A stretch of 63,112 nt of DNA, counting the filler, from Octopus bimaculoides (taxonomy: Eukaryota), in NCBI RefSeq assembly GCF_001194135.2. It is 5 parts of 4 records of this genome, joined end to end, with 100 filler letters (N's around TTAATTAATTAA, not from the genome) between each part and the next. Parts side by side here need not be neighbours in the genome. Positions count along the whole stretch, not along the records: positions 22,582 to 36,838 come from NC_069000.1; 4 more parts are not named here. One strand, written 5' to 3'. This document shows, piece after piece, positions 23,228 to 34,599 of this stretch (positions are counted from its first letter, which is position 1; each line of letters starts with the position of its first letter). Under the pieces are notes generated by a model. That model saw nothing but the letters and a program-made list of their open reading frames with translations, did not search any database and had not been told where the DNA came from. A program made the translations under genes and the position numbers.

Positions 23228-26200
23228 ATCATCATCTTCATCATCACTTAATGTCTGTTTTCCATGCCAGCATAGGTTGGATGACTTGTTTTGGACCTGG
23301 GCAGCTGGGGAGCTGTCCAGACTCCAATTGTCTCTTATGACATAGTTTCTACATCTGGATGCCCTTCCTAATGTCAGCCACTTTACAAAGTGTACTGAGG
23401 ACCTTCCACATGCCACTGGCATGAGTGCAATTATGCGGCACCAGCACAGCTGCATTTTATGTGGCTCTGGCACCTGCAAGAGACAAGCCTGTATGTATGG
23501 AAGACAGCAATTTTACTTACCTTGACATGTCTTTTCAGGTACAGGAAATTGCCACAACTCTTGGTCCCTTGTCATTTCCTCAATGAAGCCCAGCATCTGA
23601 AGATCCTTTCTCATCACTTTGTCCAACGTCTTCCTGGGTCTACCCCTTCCACAGGTTCCCCCCACAATTGGAATTCAGTACTTCTCTACATGGTTGTCTC
23701 CATCCATACACATCACATGACAAAACCAGCTCAGTCTTCTCTTATTCTAACAACTACACTTTCGGAACTTCCTCCTCCATTGTTAACTTGGTTGCCTAGG
23801 TAACAGAAGCTATCTACTACTTCTGATGATCCCTACTGAGCATTTGTAGGAGTCAATTGTCTTCGCATTTTTAATGCTTATTTTACCCATACATTTGCTA
23901 CACGCAAAGACTATTTTCTCCATTAACCCTCCTGTGATACTGCTATACTTCTTGTATCCAAAATGTGCACTTGGTACAACATAGAATTTCTCCAACACCC
24001 TTCACACACACTGAGCGGGGCCATTTCCTTGCCAGGACTTGCGATTTGTCTGTTTTCCTACTTACTAGGACTCTGGATTTTACTAAATTAACCCTAAAGC
24101 CCTTAGATTCTAGGCTTTGTTACCACACCTGAGATTTCTTCTCTAGATCAGGTAATGATTCAGCTATAAGAACAAGGTCATCAGCATAGACAAGCTCCCA
24201 GGGGTAGCTGGTCTTGAATTCTTCTGTTAAGATAAACAAGAGGGGACTGAGAACTGAACCTTGGTGAATTCCTACCTGTATATGGCTTGTACAACTCTTA
24301 ATAACCACTCCTATCCCTAGCTTCCACATTGAACACCAAATAGAGGGGCAGGGTACTTTTTGAATGGCTTTCTCCTTGTTGACAAAAGCCAAGTACAGAG
24401 TTTTATTTTTGGTTAAATACTTCTCCTGCAGTTACCTAACCAGGAATATAGTATCAGTCATGCTCTTACCTGGCACAAATCCAGACTGCATCTCATCTAC
24501 ACTAAATCTCTCCCTAATTAATTGAGCTTGACCCTTTCTGTGATTTTCATCACCTGGTCCAGCAATTTGATGCTTCTGTAATTATTTTGCCTTTGCTTTT
24601 GTAGTGGTTGACTATAATGTTGCTCCATCAATCATTGGATATGACTCCTTTGTGGACAACCTGATTAACTATACAGATGACTAGGCCATATCTCACCTCG
24701 CCAGGTATTTTAAGCATCTCAGCGGTGATTCCTGATCAGCCAGGGGCTTTCCCTGTCTTCATATCCTTAATTGCTTTATCTATTAAGCTACTGCCAATTC
24801 GAAAAGCTGATTCCTCAGTTGGATCTACACCAAACAGACTCTCCTTCTCCCATGCATTTTCTACACTTACCAGCTTTTCATAATGGCATTTCCAAGCCCT
24901 TTCTTTGCAGAGTCATCAAATGTAAGTGAACTATCGTCTTTGTGGACACATTTCTCTCCTATGACATCATGATTTTTCTCTCACACACTGTTTTGCAATC
25001 TGAAACACTTCAAGTCTCTGGTCCTCATATCATAGAACATTGGCAAACTTCTTTTCTGCTTCATCCCTGGCTAAATATACCTGTCCCCTAGCCTCCCTTC
25101 TGGCTATCTGATACAGTTCCCTGCTACCCCGACACTTCCAGTCCTGTTTCTTTTCTCTAAGAGCCCTGTCAACTACACTATTTGACCACCATGTCATCGT
25201 AGGTTGAAAAAGGACTTTGCACCTGCCACAAATTTTATCGGTGGCCCTCACCAGGTTGTCCCGTGGGAACCTCCAGTTCTCCTTCATGTTATATGTCACT
25301 ATATCCTCTTTTTCATCAAATGCTTCAAGTAATATGTCTTTAACTCTCTGGCCATTCAGAAGATCCTTATGCTTCCAGACATTTCTTTTCCACACTGGTT
25401 GTCCTCATGGCAGCCTTTTGGTCCTGATTCTAAAGTTGCTAACAATTAACTTATGTCTAGGGATGCAATCTTCAGCTGGGAAAGTTTTGGCATTTATATG
25501 CAGCCATCTTTCCTGTTTTCTGGCAAGAATGTAGTCAATCTGGCTTGTGTGCCCACCGGATTGATAGGTGAACAGGTGACTGACAGGTTTCCTGAAGTTA
25601 GTATTATAGATCATAAGGTCATTTGCATCACAGAATTCCAGTAGCCTGGAATTTAAGGTAGTGAGCTGGCAGAAACGTTAGCGTGCCGGGTGAAATGTTT
25701 AGCGGCATTTCAGCTGCCGTTACGTTCTGAGTTCAAATTCCGCCAAGGTCGACTTTGCCTTTCTTCCTTTCGGGGTCGATAAATAAAGTACCAGTTATGC
25801 ACTGGGGTTGATGTACTCAATTTAATCCCTTTGTCTGTCGTTGTTTGTCCCCTCTATGTTTAGCCCCTTGTGGGCAATAAAGAAATAAGAATTCCAGTAG
25901 CCTGGATCCCTCCTCATTATTGGGAACCAAATCTGTAGCAACCATGCACACCATGGAAGCCACCCAGATGTTGCCCTACATACCCTTTGAAGTCACCAGC
26001 CTCAAAGAGAAGTCATTGTCATTTGTCAATGAGGTAGTCTGAAAAATGATGTCATAAAATTGGTCTTTCTGTTCATCAGGTAGTCCTGGTTGAGGGGTGT
26101 AGGCTGAGATAATGGTTGCTGTTCCACTTTCCAAAACTAGTCTAAGTTTAAGAATTCTATCTCACACTCTGACTACCTTACCAACCCATTTCTCAGCAAG

Positions 26201-26460
26201 AAGTATGCCCTTGCCCATAATTATTCCCTACCCAGAAGATTTTATACCTATGCCCTTTGCCTGTAAGGAACCTGGAAGAACCTCCTCTCCACCTTACTTC
26301 TTGGATACAACATACATCTACATGCCTCTGTTCAAGTGTCTCAACAATTTCACCGGACCTACCCGTCAATGTGCCAATTCTAAGGGTGTGGAAGGTGTGG
26401 TCCAAAGAGACAGAGGAATGGGGGACAGCATTCTGCATCTGAAAAGAAAGCTCACTCATG
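23228..26460 (-). mobile_element. RTE-clade LINE, near full length but decayed (APE endonuclease, RT, 3' UTR ending in (GAT)n)
   Basis: APE: IGTLTGRSGEIV..VDVCCIQEVRWRG and YQSGGHTSQIDYIL. RT: YRSIKLLDQVMKI, GFVPGKSMTDTIFLVR, GIHQGSVLSPLLF, YADDL. C-terminal GRGRPRKT. The tail reads TGATGA.GATGATG at 23228-23247. Confidence 0.93.
25651..25887 (+). mobile_element. tRNA-like SINE inserted in the RTE LINE, with a perfect 19-bp target-site duplication
   Basis: AGAATTCCAGTAGCCTGGA occurs at 25632-25650 and 25888-25906. B-box-like GAGTTCAAATTCC is present; A-rich end AATAAAGAAATA. Confidence 0.92.
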
Positions 26461-26960
26461 AAAAGTTAATTTATGACATTATGTGGCCTAGGGTGTATTA
26501 ATAACGATAAGTATAATAAAAGTTTTAATATTAAAGTACTTTGCAAACAGCGTCCATCTTGCTAGCTTGTTTTGTAGACATAGAAATAGTTTGTTTACTT
26601 TATTATTACTAGAAATAAAAATAGAAACAAAACTAAGTTTTTAATCCTTGTGTTATTTTATTTTATTTTCATGTAATGCTGTTTAATCTTTTTCTCTCCC
26701 ATTCAGTGTCCTTGCCTTGCCGATTTCCTCTATGTTTATTTCATATTATGTGGTTTAGATTAGCACAAATTCTTCTATGTTTTATGTTAGTATGTAGATT
26801 AGAATAGTATGATTTTTTTTATATGCTCCTAGGTTTATATGATACTAACCAGCTTGAAAAAGTTAATTTATGATACTGTGTGGCCTAGAAAGTGTTAATG
26901 ATAATAATTATGATAAAAGTTTTAATATTAATGTATGTTACAAACAGCGTCCATCTTGCT
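26459..26960. repeat. Two diverged direct copies of an about 104-bp unit (26459-26563 and 26857-26960)
   Basis: AAAAGTTAATTTATGA....TGTGGCCTAG...AAAAGTTTTAATATTAA...CAAACAGCGTCCATCTTGCT occurs in both. Confidence 0.88.
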
Positions 26961-27489
26961 CACATGTTATGCCCACTTGCACACCCCACCCCACTATTTC
27001 ATTCTAAACATACATGACTTCCCTAGCTAACCATACTCCTGTTCTGTGAGTAGAGGTTTCCTCTCCCTGTACCCATATACTTGTGTGCATGCACCTATCA
27101 GAGTATCGTATAAGTGTTTGTATGTACTTATGTGAATCTCATTATATATATGTCAGTGTGGATGTATGTGCTTATGAGTATATATATATTTACATCTATG
27201 TGTACGTTTATGTGGACTGCATGTTCATGTGTATGAGGGTATATGGGTGTATTTACATGTACCTGTGCATTCATGTAGACTATATGTTCATATGTGTGTA
27301 TGTATATATGTGTATGTGGGTATATCGGTATGTGTGGATTTATGGAGTGTATGTCTTTATGTATGAGTATGTAAGATTCATACCATGCTGTGTGGTGTTT
27401 GCATATGTAGACATATATGATGTAGTATATATAAGGTTAATACTGTGTATATATATGTATGGGCATATATGACTACTTTCATGCCGTCC

Positions 27490-27692
27490 TTACCCCTCTC
27501 TTTACTGGGCCTCAATCTAGATGTATGGGAGTGAGAAAATTATACTTCCTTGAATTTAATACACGATGTACGAAGGTATATATATATAGATGTACAGGAC
27601 TACTTCATACCCTTTTTACCCCTCTCTTTTTGACCCTTAATCTAGATGCTGTATTGGAGGGTGGAAATTATACATCATTGAATCAAATACAC
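27490..27692. repeat. Two diverged direct copies of an about 75-bp unit, period about 126 bp
   Basis: TTACCCCTCTCTTT...AATCTAGATG...AAATTATAC.TC.TTGAAT..AATACAC at 27490 and 27616. Confidence 0.8.
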
Positions 27693-27769
27693 ACTGTACA
27701 ATACACTACCTAGCAAACGTTTGTAAAAATCATCTTTTCAAACACAGACAAAAGTCCCACAACAACTAC

Positions 27770-30767
27770 CTTCCCATTATCCTTTCCAAGTACACAATTT
27801 TAGGGCTGCAAACATCAATGTTGGCACAATGAAGGGGAGATCTGGTGAGATTATCAAAATGATGGAGTGTTGCCATATCAATGTGTGTGGTGTGCAAGAA
27901 GTGAGATGAAAAGGAGCTTCTGCTAGATTCCTCACGGATAAGAAACAGAGGTTCAAATTGTTCTGGGTAGCCAGGAGTGATGGAGTAGGTGGTGTGGGGA
28001 TACACTTATCAGAGAAGTGGGTAGATAAGGTAATTGAGGTAGTCAGAGTATGCGATAGGGTTATTAAGCTAAGACTTATAGATTATCAATTATATTTATT
28101 TCAGCCTATTCTCTACAGACAGGTCCTTTTGCAGACTACCTCAACGATAAATGACAGAAACTTCATTATTGTGGCTGGTGATTTTAATGGACATATTGGG
28201 TAGCAATCCCATGGATTCCATGGAGTGCATGGTGGTTATGGTTTTGGCCCCAGGAATGAGGAGGGAACAAGGCTACTTGAGCTCTGTAATGCAAATGATG
28301 TCATGATCTGCAACACTAACTTCAGAAAGTCAGCCAGCCACCTAATCACTTATCAGTCTGGTGGGAACACAAGCCAGGTTGATTATCTCCTCATCAGGCA
28401 ATGAAATAGTCTGATGCTCACAAATGTGAAGTCTTTCCCAGGTGAAGAGTGTACACCCCAACATAGGATACTAGTTTGTGACTTCAGAGTTAGGGCTAGA
28501 GAGACTTGGAGAAGTAAACCATGCTGGAAAAGAAGATTATGAAAGCTCAAAGACCCAGCAAACCAACAAAAATTTAGAGACATTCTATTGGAAGCCGATG
28601 ATGATAGGAGTAGGAGGAAAGGACACAGCTTAGAGGACAGCTGGAAGTTCCTGTGGGACAATTTACTGGGTGTCGTTGACCAAAGCTGTGGTTAGTGCAA
28701 AGCCCCAACTAGGCTGAGGATGACATGGTGGTGGAACAAGGAGGTGGACAGTGCTATAAAAGTGAAGAGAAATGCCTGGTAGGACTTGAAAAATGGTGGA
28801 AGCAGAGCATTATATCAGGGAGGCTAGGTGACAGGTTTACATAGCAAAAGGAATAGTGGAAGGTAAGAAGTTTGCCAATGTTCTACAGTGTGAAGATCAG
28901 AGGCATGAAGTGTTCAGGAGTGCAAAGCAGCGTATCAGAGAAAATAGAAATGTGGTAGGTGAGAAGTGTGTGCGAATGGATAATGGTATGCTTGTGCTTA
29001 GTGACTCAGAGAAGAAAGCTGCATGGAGATGCTATCATGAAAGTTTATTAAATGTGGGGAATGATTGGGAGAAGGAGAGTCTTTCTAATATTGAACTAAT
29101 TGAGGGACCAGCCATCAGATTTGACCGCAGTATAATAGATAAGGCAATTAAGAAAATGAAAACTGGGAAAGCCCCTGGACCATTGGGTATCACTGCTGAG
29201 ATGATTAAAATATCAGGTAGTGTGGGATACAGCCTAGTTACTCGCATAGTTGATCAGGTTGTTCAGGAAGGTATCATCCTCAAAGACTGGTATAGTAGTA
29301 TTATAGTTAGCTGCTACAAGGGTAAAGATGATGCTTTAGATAAAAACAATTAGCGGTATCAAGCTGCTGGACTAAGTCATGAAAATTACAGAGTTATATC
29401 TCAACTGATAAGGGATAGAATTAAGCTACATAAGATGCAGTTTGGTTTTGTTCCAGGGAGAAGAACCACAGATGCCATCTTCGTAGTGAGACAGTTGCAA
29501 GTATTTGGCCAAAAGTAATCCATTGTACTTAGCCTTCGTTGACCTGGAGAAAGCTTTCGACATGGTTTCCCACTCTCATCTGCTGGTCTCTAAGGAAGCA
29601 AAGAGTAGAGGAGTGACTTGTTAGAGCTTTTCAAGCCATGTACAGCGATGCTGTCAGTAGGGTAAGAGTCGGCCTAGAATGTAGTGATAAATTTAATGTA
29701 CAAGTTGGAGTTCACCAGGGATCAGTTCTTAGTCTACTCTTATTCACCATAGTGCTCCCAGCCATAACAGAGGAATTCAAAACTGGATGCCCATGGGAAC
29801 TACTATATATTGATGATCTTACTCTTACTGCAGAGTCTGAAGCAGAATTGAAGAAGTTCTGGGTTTGGAAGCAAAACCTGGAATCAAAGAGTCTTAAAGT
29901 TAACTTAGCAAAGACTAAAGTTGTTGTTAGTTAGGGCCATTTATCTGACTCTCCTTTCATCAGGCAAATGGCCCTGCTCAATACAGAGGAAAGGAGTGGG
30001 ATGTAATTCCATTTGCTGCACCAAGTGTTAGCTATGGATGCATAAAAGATGCAGTGGAATCATAGGCAAGTTAACAAATAAGGTGGTTTTCGTGTGTGAT
30101 AGGTGCACTGGAACAATAAGCACTAAGGACATGAGGGATTTAAACTCTCTCAAATGCCCAGGAGGCCCTCTTGAGGTAGTAGATAATTTCTGCTATTTAA
30201 GTGACCAGATTAGTAAAGGTGGTGGATGCTCTGAAAGTATTGTTTCTAGAATAAGAATAGGCTGGAGGAAGTTGAGAGAGATACTACCTCTGTTGGCTGC
30301 AAGAAGACTCTCTGTCAGTGAAAGGCAAATCGTATGATGCCTGTATGAGAACAGCTAAATTACATGGTAGTGAAACATGGGCCATGAGTGCAGAGGACAT
30401 GCCTTGACTGGAGAGGAATAAAGGTTGTTTCTCTAGTTGTAAATCTTGCTGGAGTTAAGAGCTTTTTCAGTTATAAGTGTGGGGATACACTTATTTTTAA
30501 ATATATTCCTCACATTTCCTCTTCATAAACTATGATTGTCTTTCAATCCCCTTTCCTGCCCACTACCCAGGTTTTTGCCAGTCACTGCAGTCCCCACTCC
30601 CTACTTGTGCCTGCTTGGCAACACCTGACCACACATATTACTACCTTCATACCTCTCTTTTCTCTACTTTGCCATCACATCTATGCTCTGATCCTTGTTA
30701 CTTGGGAGTATACCCTGACACTTCACCATCTCGCTCCTGCTCTCTCTTACACTTTTGCTGTTTCCTA

Positions 30768-30798
<31 letters not shown>

Positions 30799-31452
30799 TC
30801 TCTCTTTCCCTCACTCTTCCCTCCAGCTGGGTAGCTACATACCTCCTCTACAGCAGCACACCTATTTCTGCCCTCATTCTTGGTCACTCTCTTTATTTCT
30901 CTCTCTCACTGAGTAACCATGTACTTCCTCTATAACAAGACACCTATTTCTGCCTCCCTATTTCTCTGTCACACTAACGTTTCATCATCTGATACTGGAT
31001 CACTTCCTCCAATACCCGCTCTGTTATAGCAAGACACCTGTTTCTGTCTCTCTGTCTCTTTATCACCCCCTAACCTTTCATCATCTGACATGAGTTCCCC
31101 TCCTCAAATGCCTCTACCCCTCTCATAATTCCTTGTCTAGTGAGTTATGTAGTGATTCTACCCGTGCTGGTGCCACATTAAAAGCATCCAGTCCACACTG
31201 TAAAATGGTTGGCATTTGGAAGGGTATCTAGCTGTAGAAGTCATGCCAAAACTGACTTTGCCTGTGCTAGTGCCATGTAAAAAGCACTGAGTCCACTCTG
31301 CTGGGTGGTTGGTGTCAGAAAAGGCATCTGACCATAAAAACCCTACCAAAACAGAGTAGCATAGGGTCGTTTTTCTACTTGGTCAGCTCTTGTGAACCGT
31401 CTTACATGTGCATGCATGGTATATGGCCATTAAACGATGATGATGATGATAT
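27770..31452 (+). mobile_element. RTE-clade LINE, decayed (APE and RT to about 30420; RTE-type 3' UTR with (GAT)n tail at about 31435-31450)
   Basis: NINVGTMKGRSGEII..VQEVR, IVAGDFNGHIG, KMKTGKAPGPLGITAEM, GVHQGSVLS.LLF, YIDDL, LKVNLAKTK. The link between the ORF and the 3' tail across the pyrimidine-rich 30.5-31.1 kb stretch is inferred. Confidence 0.88.
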
Positions 31453-31747
31453 ATAATCATAATATATCATTCTCATCATCGTTTGTTTTTTTTTGTTAAC
31501 ACCTCGAGTGTTTTACTGAGGAACAGTGCTTACTTGCAGACCACTTCCAACCTGCAGCTAAGAGCCATAGGTATATACATATATATATATATATANNNNN
31601 NNNNNNNNNNNNNNNNNNNNNNNNNNNNNNNNNNNNNNNNNNNNNNNNNNNNNNNNNNNNNNNNNNNNNNNNNNNNNNNNNNNNNNNNNNNNNNNNNNNN
31701 NNNNNNNNNNNNNNNNNNNNNNNNNNNNNNNNNNNNNNNNNNNATAT

Positions 31748-32080
31748 ATATGCCAGTACCGCCTGACTGGCCTTCATAGGATTTTTTGAGCGAGATCGTT
31801 GCCAGTGCCCCTGGACTGGCTCTTGTGCGGGTGGCACATAAAATACACCATTTTGAGCATGGCCGTTGCCAGTACCGCCTGACTGGCCTTCGTGCGGGTG
31901 ACACGTAAAAGCACCCACTACACTCTCTGAGTGGTTGGCGTTAGGAAGGGCATCCAGCTGTAGAAACTCTGCCAAATCAGATTGGAGCCTGGTGTTGCCA
32001 TCTGGTTTCACCAGTCCTCAGTCAAATCGTCCAACCCATGCTAGCATGGAAGGTGGATGTTAAACGATGATGATGATGAT
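31748..32080 (+). mobile_element. Stand-alone RTE-type 3' end/SINE-like tail with internal repeats and a (GAT)n end
   Basis: Shares GGTTGGC.TT.GGAAGGG.ATC.AGCTGTAGAA and TTAAACGATGATGATGAT with 31130-31450. TGCCAGTACCGCCTGACTGGCC occurs twice. Confidence 0.8.
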
Positions 32081-32169
32081 ATATGTAGAGAGAGAGAAAG
32101 AGAGACAGTCATTTTTATAGAGACCCCATTTCTCACCACCAGTCACTATTTTGTCCAAAAAAGGTTCAT

Positions 32170-32770
32170 TCATGAGACATGACAGCAAAGAAGAGCACTC
32201 ATTCACTCTCTGCACGAGATTAGACTTCGAAAGTTTGTGAGGAACTCATTGACCCAATTTACTGACTTTCCTGATGGCACGCAGGTGTCGATGAATGATT
32301 GAATGACTAAATCAAAGCTTCTCTGCTACTTCCTCAACAGTTACAATAGGATTTTGTTCCACCAGAGTTTGCAGGACATCCTCGTCGGGCTCTACAGATC
32401 TTCCAGGATGTAGTCTTCTAGGTTGTAGTTGCCAGCTCAGAATTTCTGGAACCACCATTGACACTGGCTTATACTTATTGTTTGATCCCCATATATTGCA
32501 TTAATATTTCTTGCACTCTCTGTTGCAGTGTTGCCTTTATTGAACTCATAAAGCAAAATGTGCTGAATATGCTCCTTTGTCACTTCTATTATAGCTTTGA
32601 AAAACATAACTGTTCAAAGTGAACTGCACTCTCCAAAACTTGCGCTAAGAATAACAGCAACGTAAAATTATTACCTGCTTTTATAGCAAGTTGGTGCAGG
32701 TAGTTTATCCTGTCTCCCTCCAAATTTTAGTTCATGCAATTGAAAAAACTGCATTATTTATGGGATGGCC
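32170..32770 (-). mobile_element. Mariner 5' half (leader and transposase N-terminus), decayed
   Basis: The minus strand gives EVTKEHIQHILLYEFNKGNTATESARNINAIYGDQTISISQCQWWFQKF, the mariner N-terminal helix-turn-helix region. Confidence 0.88.
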
Positions 32771-33155
32771 CAGTATGTATGTGTGTATGCTTACACACAC
32801 ACATATGTGTGTGTGTGTGTATATAGTATATATAAATGCATGTATGTGTGTGGATGTGTATATGCCGTGTAGATGTATACATGCATATTTGTATATGAGT
32901 GTGTGTATGTGTATGTTTGTGTGCAAATGTATGGATGTATATGTGTGTGTGAATGTCTGTGTGTATATATATATAACTGATTACTGTACAATGTCCCTTG
33001 AAAAGCTAATTTAAATAGCGAAAACCTGTTGGATTTCATGACATCCATATAATATGTATATATTTATAAAAAGATATTAAACTATATGAAACGAAGGCAT
33101 TTCTCTTGGCTGATAGTTAGTAAGGTGGGACACACATAAGAAAGAAGAAAGCAAA

Positions 33156-33200
33156 GGACCACTGATGAGGTCACAGAAGTGTGACGAAAGAACTCTGGCC
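33156..33200 (+). ncRNA. Minimal type I hammerhead ribozyme motif of the Penelope-like-element kind
   Basis: GGACCA-CTGATGA-G-[GTCACA gaag TGTGAC]-GAAA-G aa C-TC/TGGCC. Perfect 6-bp stem II, 2-bp stem III, CUC cleavage triplet, and a stem I with one bulge or mismatch. Activity is untested. Confidence 0.72.
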
Positions 33201-34229
33201 GAAATAGGATTAATGTAAGGTAATGTAATATAAAGCTGAAGCAAATTAACACCAAATATACAGTGCGTGTGTTTTTATTTGCTAAACTGGCAATATGACC
33301 ATCCCCAAGTACAACAACATTTTTATATTTTCTTTTCCACATATTTTCAACTCATAATTTTTGCANNNNNNNNNNNNNNNNNNNNNNNNNNNNNNNNNNN
33401 NNNNNNNNNNNNNNNNNNNNNNNNNNNNNNNNNNNNNNNNNNNNNNNNNNNNNNNNNNNNNNNNNNNNNNNNNNNNNNNNNNNNNNNNNNNNNNNNNNNN
33501 NNNNNNNNNNNNNNNNNNNNNNNNNNNNNNNNNNNNNNNNNNNNNNNNNNNNNNNNNNNNNNNNNNNNNNNNNNNNNNNNNNNNNNNNNNNNNNNNNNNN
33601 NNNNNNNNNNNNNNNNNNNNNNNNNNNNNNNNNNNNNNNNNNNNNNNNNNNNNNNNNNNNNNNNNNNNNNNNNNNNNNNNNNNNNNNNNNNNNNNNNNNN
33701 NNNNNNNNNNNNNNNNNNNNNNNNNNNNNNNNNNNNNNNNNNNNNNNNNNNNNNNNNNNNNNNNNNNNNNNNNNNNNNNNNNNNNNNNNNNNNNNNNNNN
33801 NNNNNNNNNNNNNNNNNNNNNNNNNNNNNNNNNNNNNNNNNNNNNNNNNNNNNNNNNNNNNNNNNNNNNNNNNNNNNNNNNNNNNNNNNNNNNNNNNNNN
33901 NNNNNNNNNNNNNNNNNNNNNNNNNNNNNNNNNNNNNNNNNNNNNNNNNNNNNNNNNNNNNNNNNNNNNNNNNNNNNNNNNNNNNNNNNNNNNNNNNNNN
34001 NNNNNNNNNNNNNNNNNNNNNNNNNNNNNNNNNNNNNNNNNNNNNNNNNNNNNNNNNNNNNNNNNNNNNNNNNNNNNNNNNNNNNNNNNNNNNNNNNNNN
34101 NNNNNNNNNNNNNNNNNNNNNNNNNNNNNNNNNNNNNNNNNNNNNNNNNNNNNNNNNNNNNNNNNNNNNNNNNNNNNNNNNNNNNNNNNNNNNNNNNNNN
34201 NNNNNNNNNNNNNNNNNNNNNNNNNNNNN

Positions 34230-34285
<56 letters not shown>

Positions 34286-34309
34286 ACCAGAGTAAGCACA
34301 TATATGTGA

Positions 34310-34590
34310 AACAAGTTGGTAAAAAATATTACTCAAATACTGAAGGTAGAGTAATATGCTTTATTATTAAAGCTGCAAAAACATCACAAAATATCACAAA
34401 AAGCTGCTATTCAGAGTTTCATGTTTCCATTTGTTGGACAGTTGTGATTAAGAATGGGAAAAGAATTAAGGTTATATACTCTTTTACTTGTTTCAGTCAT
34501 TTGACTGTGGCCATGCTGGAGCACCGCCTTTAGTCGAGCAAATTGACCCCAGGACTTATTCTTTGTAAGCCTAGTACTTATTTTATTGGT
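34310..34590. mobile_element. Single arm of the palindromic family seen at 45.7-46.0 kb, followed by a SINE tail in reverse orientation
   Basis: 34350-34475 aligns by eye to 45705-45810. 34490-34585 is the reverse complement of 45969-46075. Confidence 0.7.
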
Positions 34591-34599
34591 CTCTTATAG

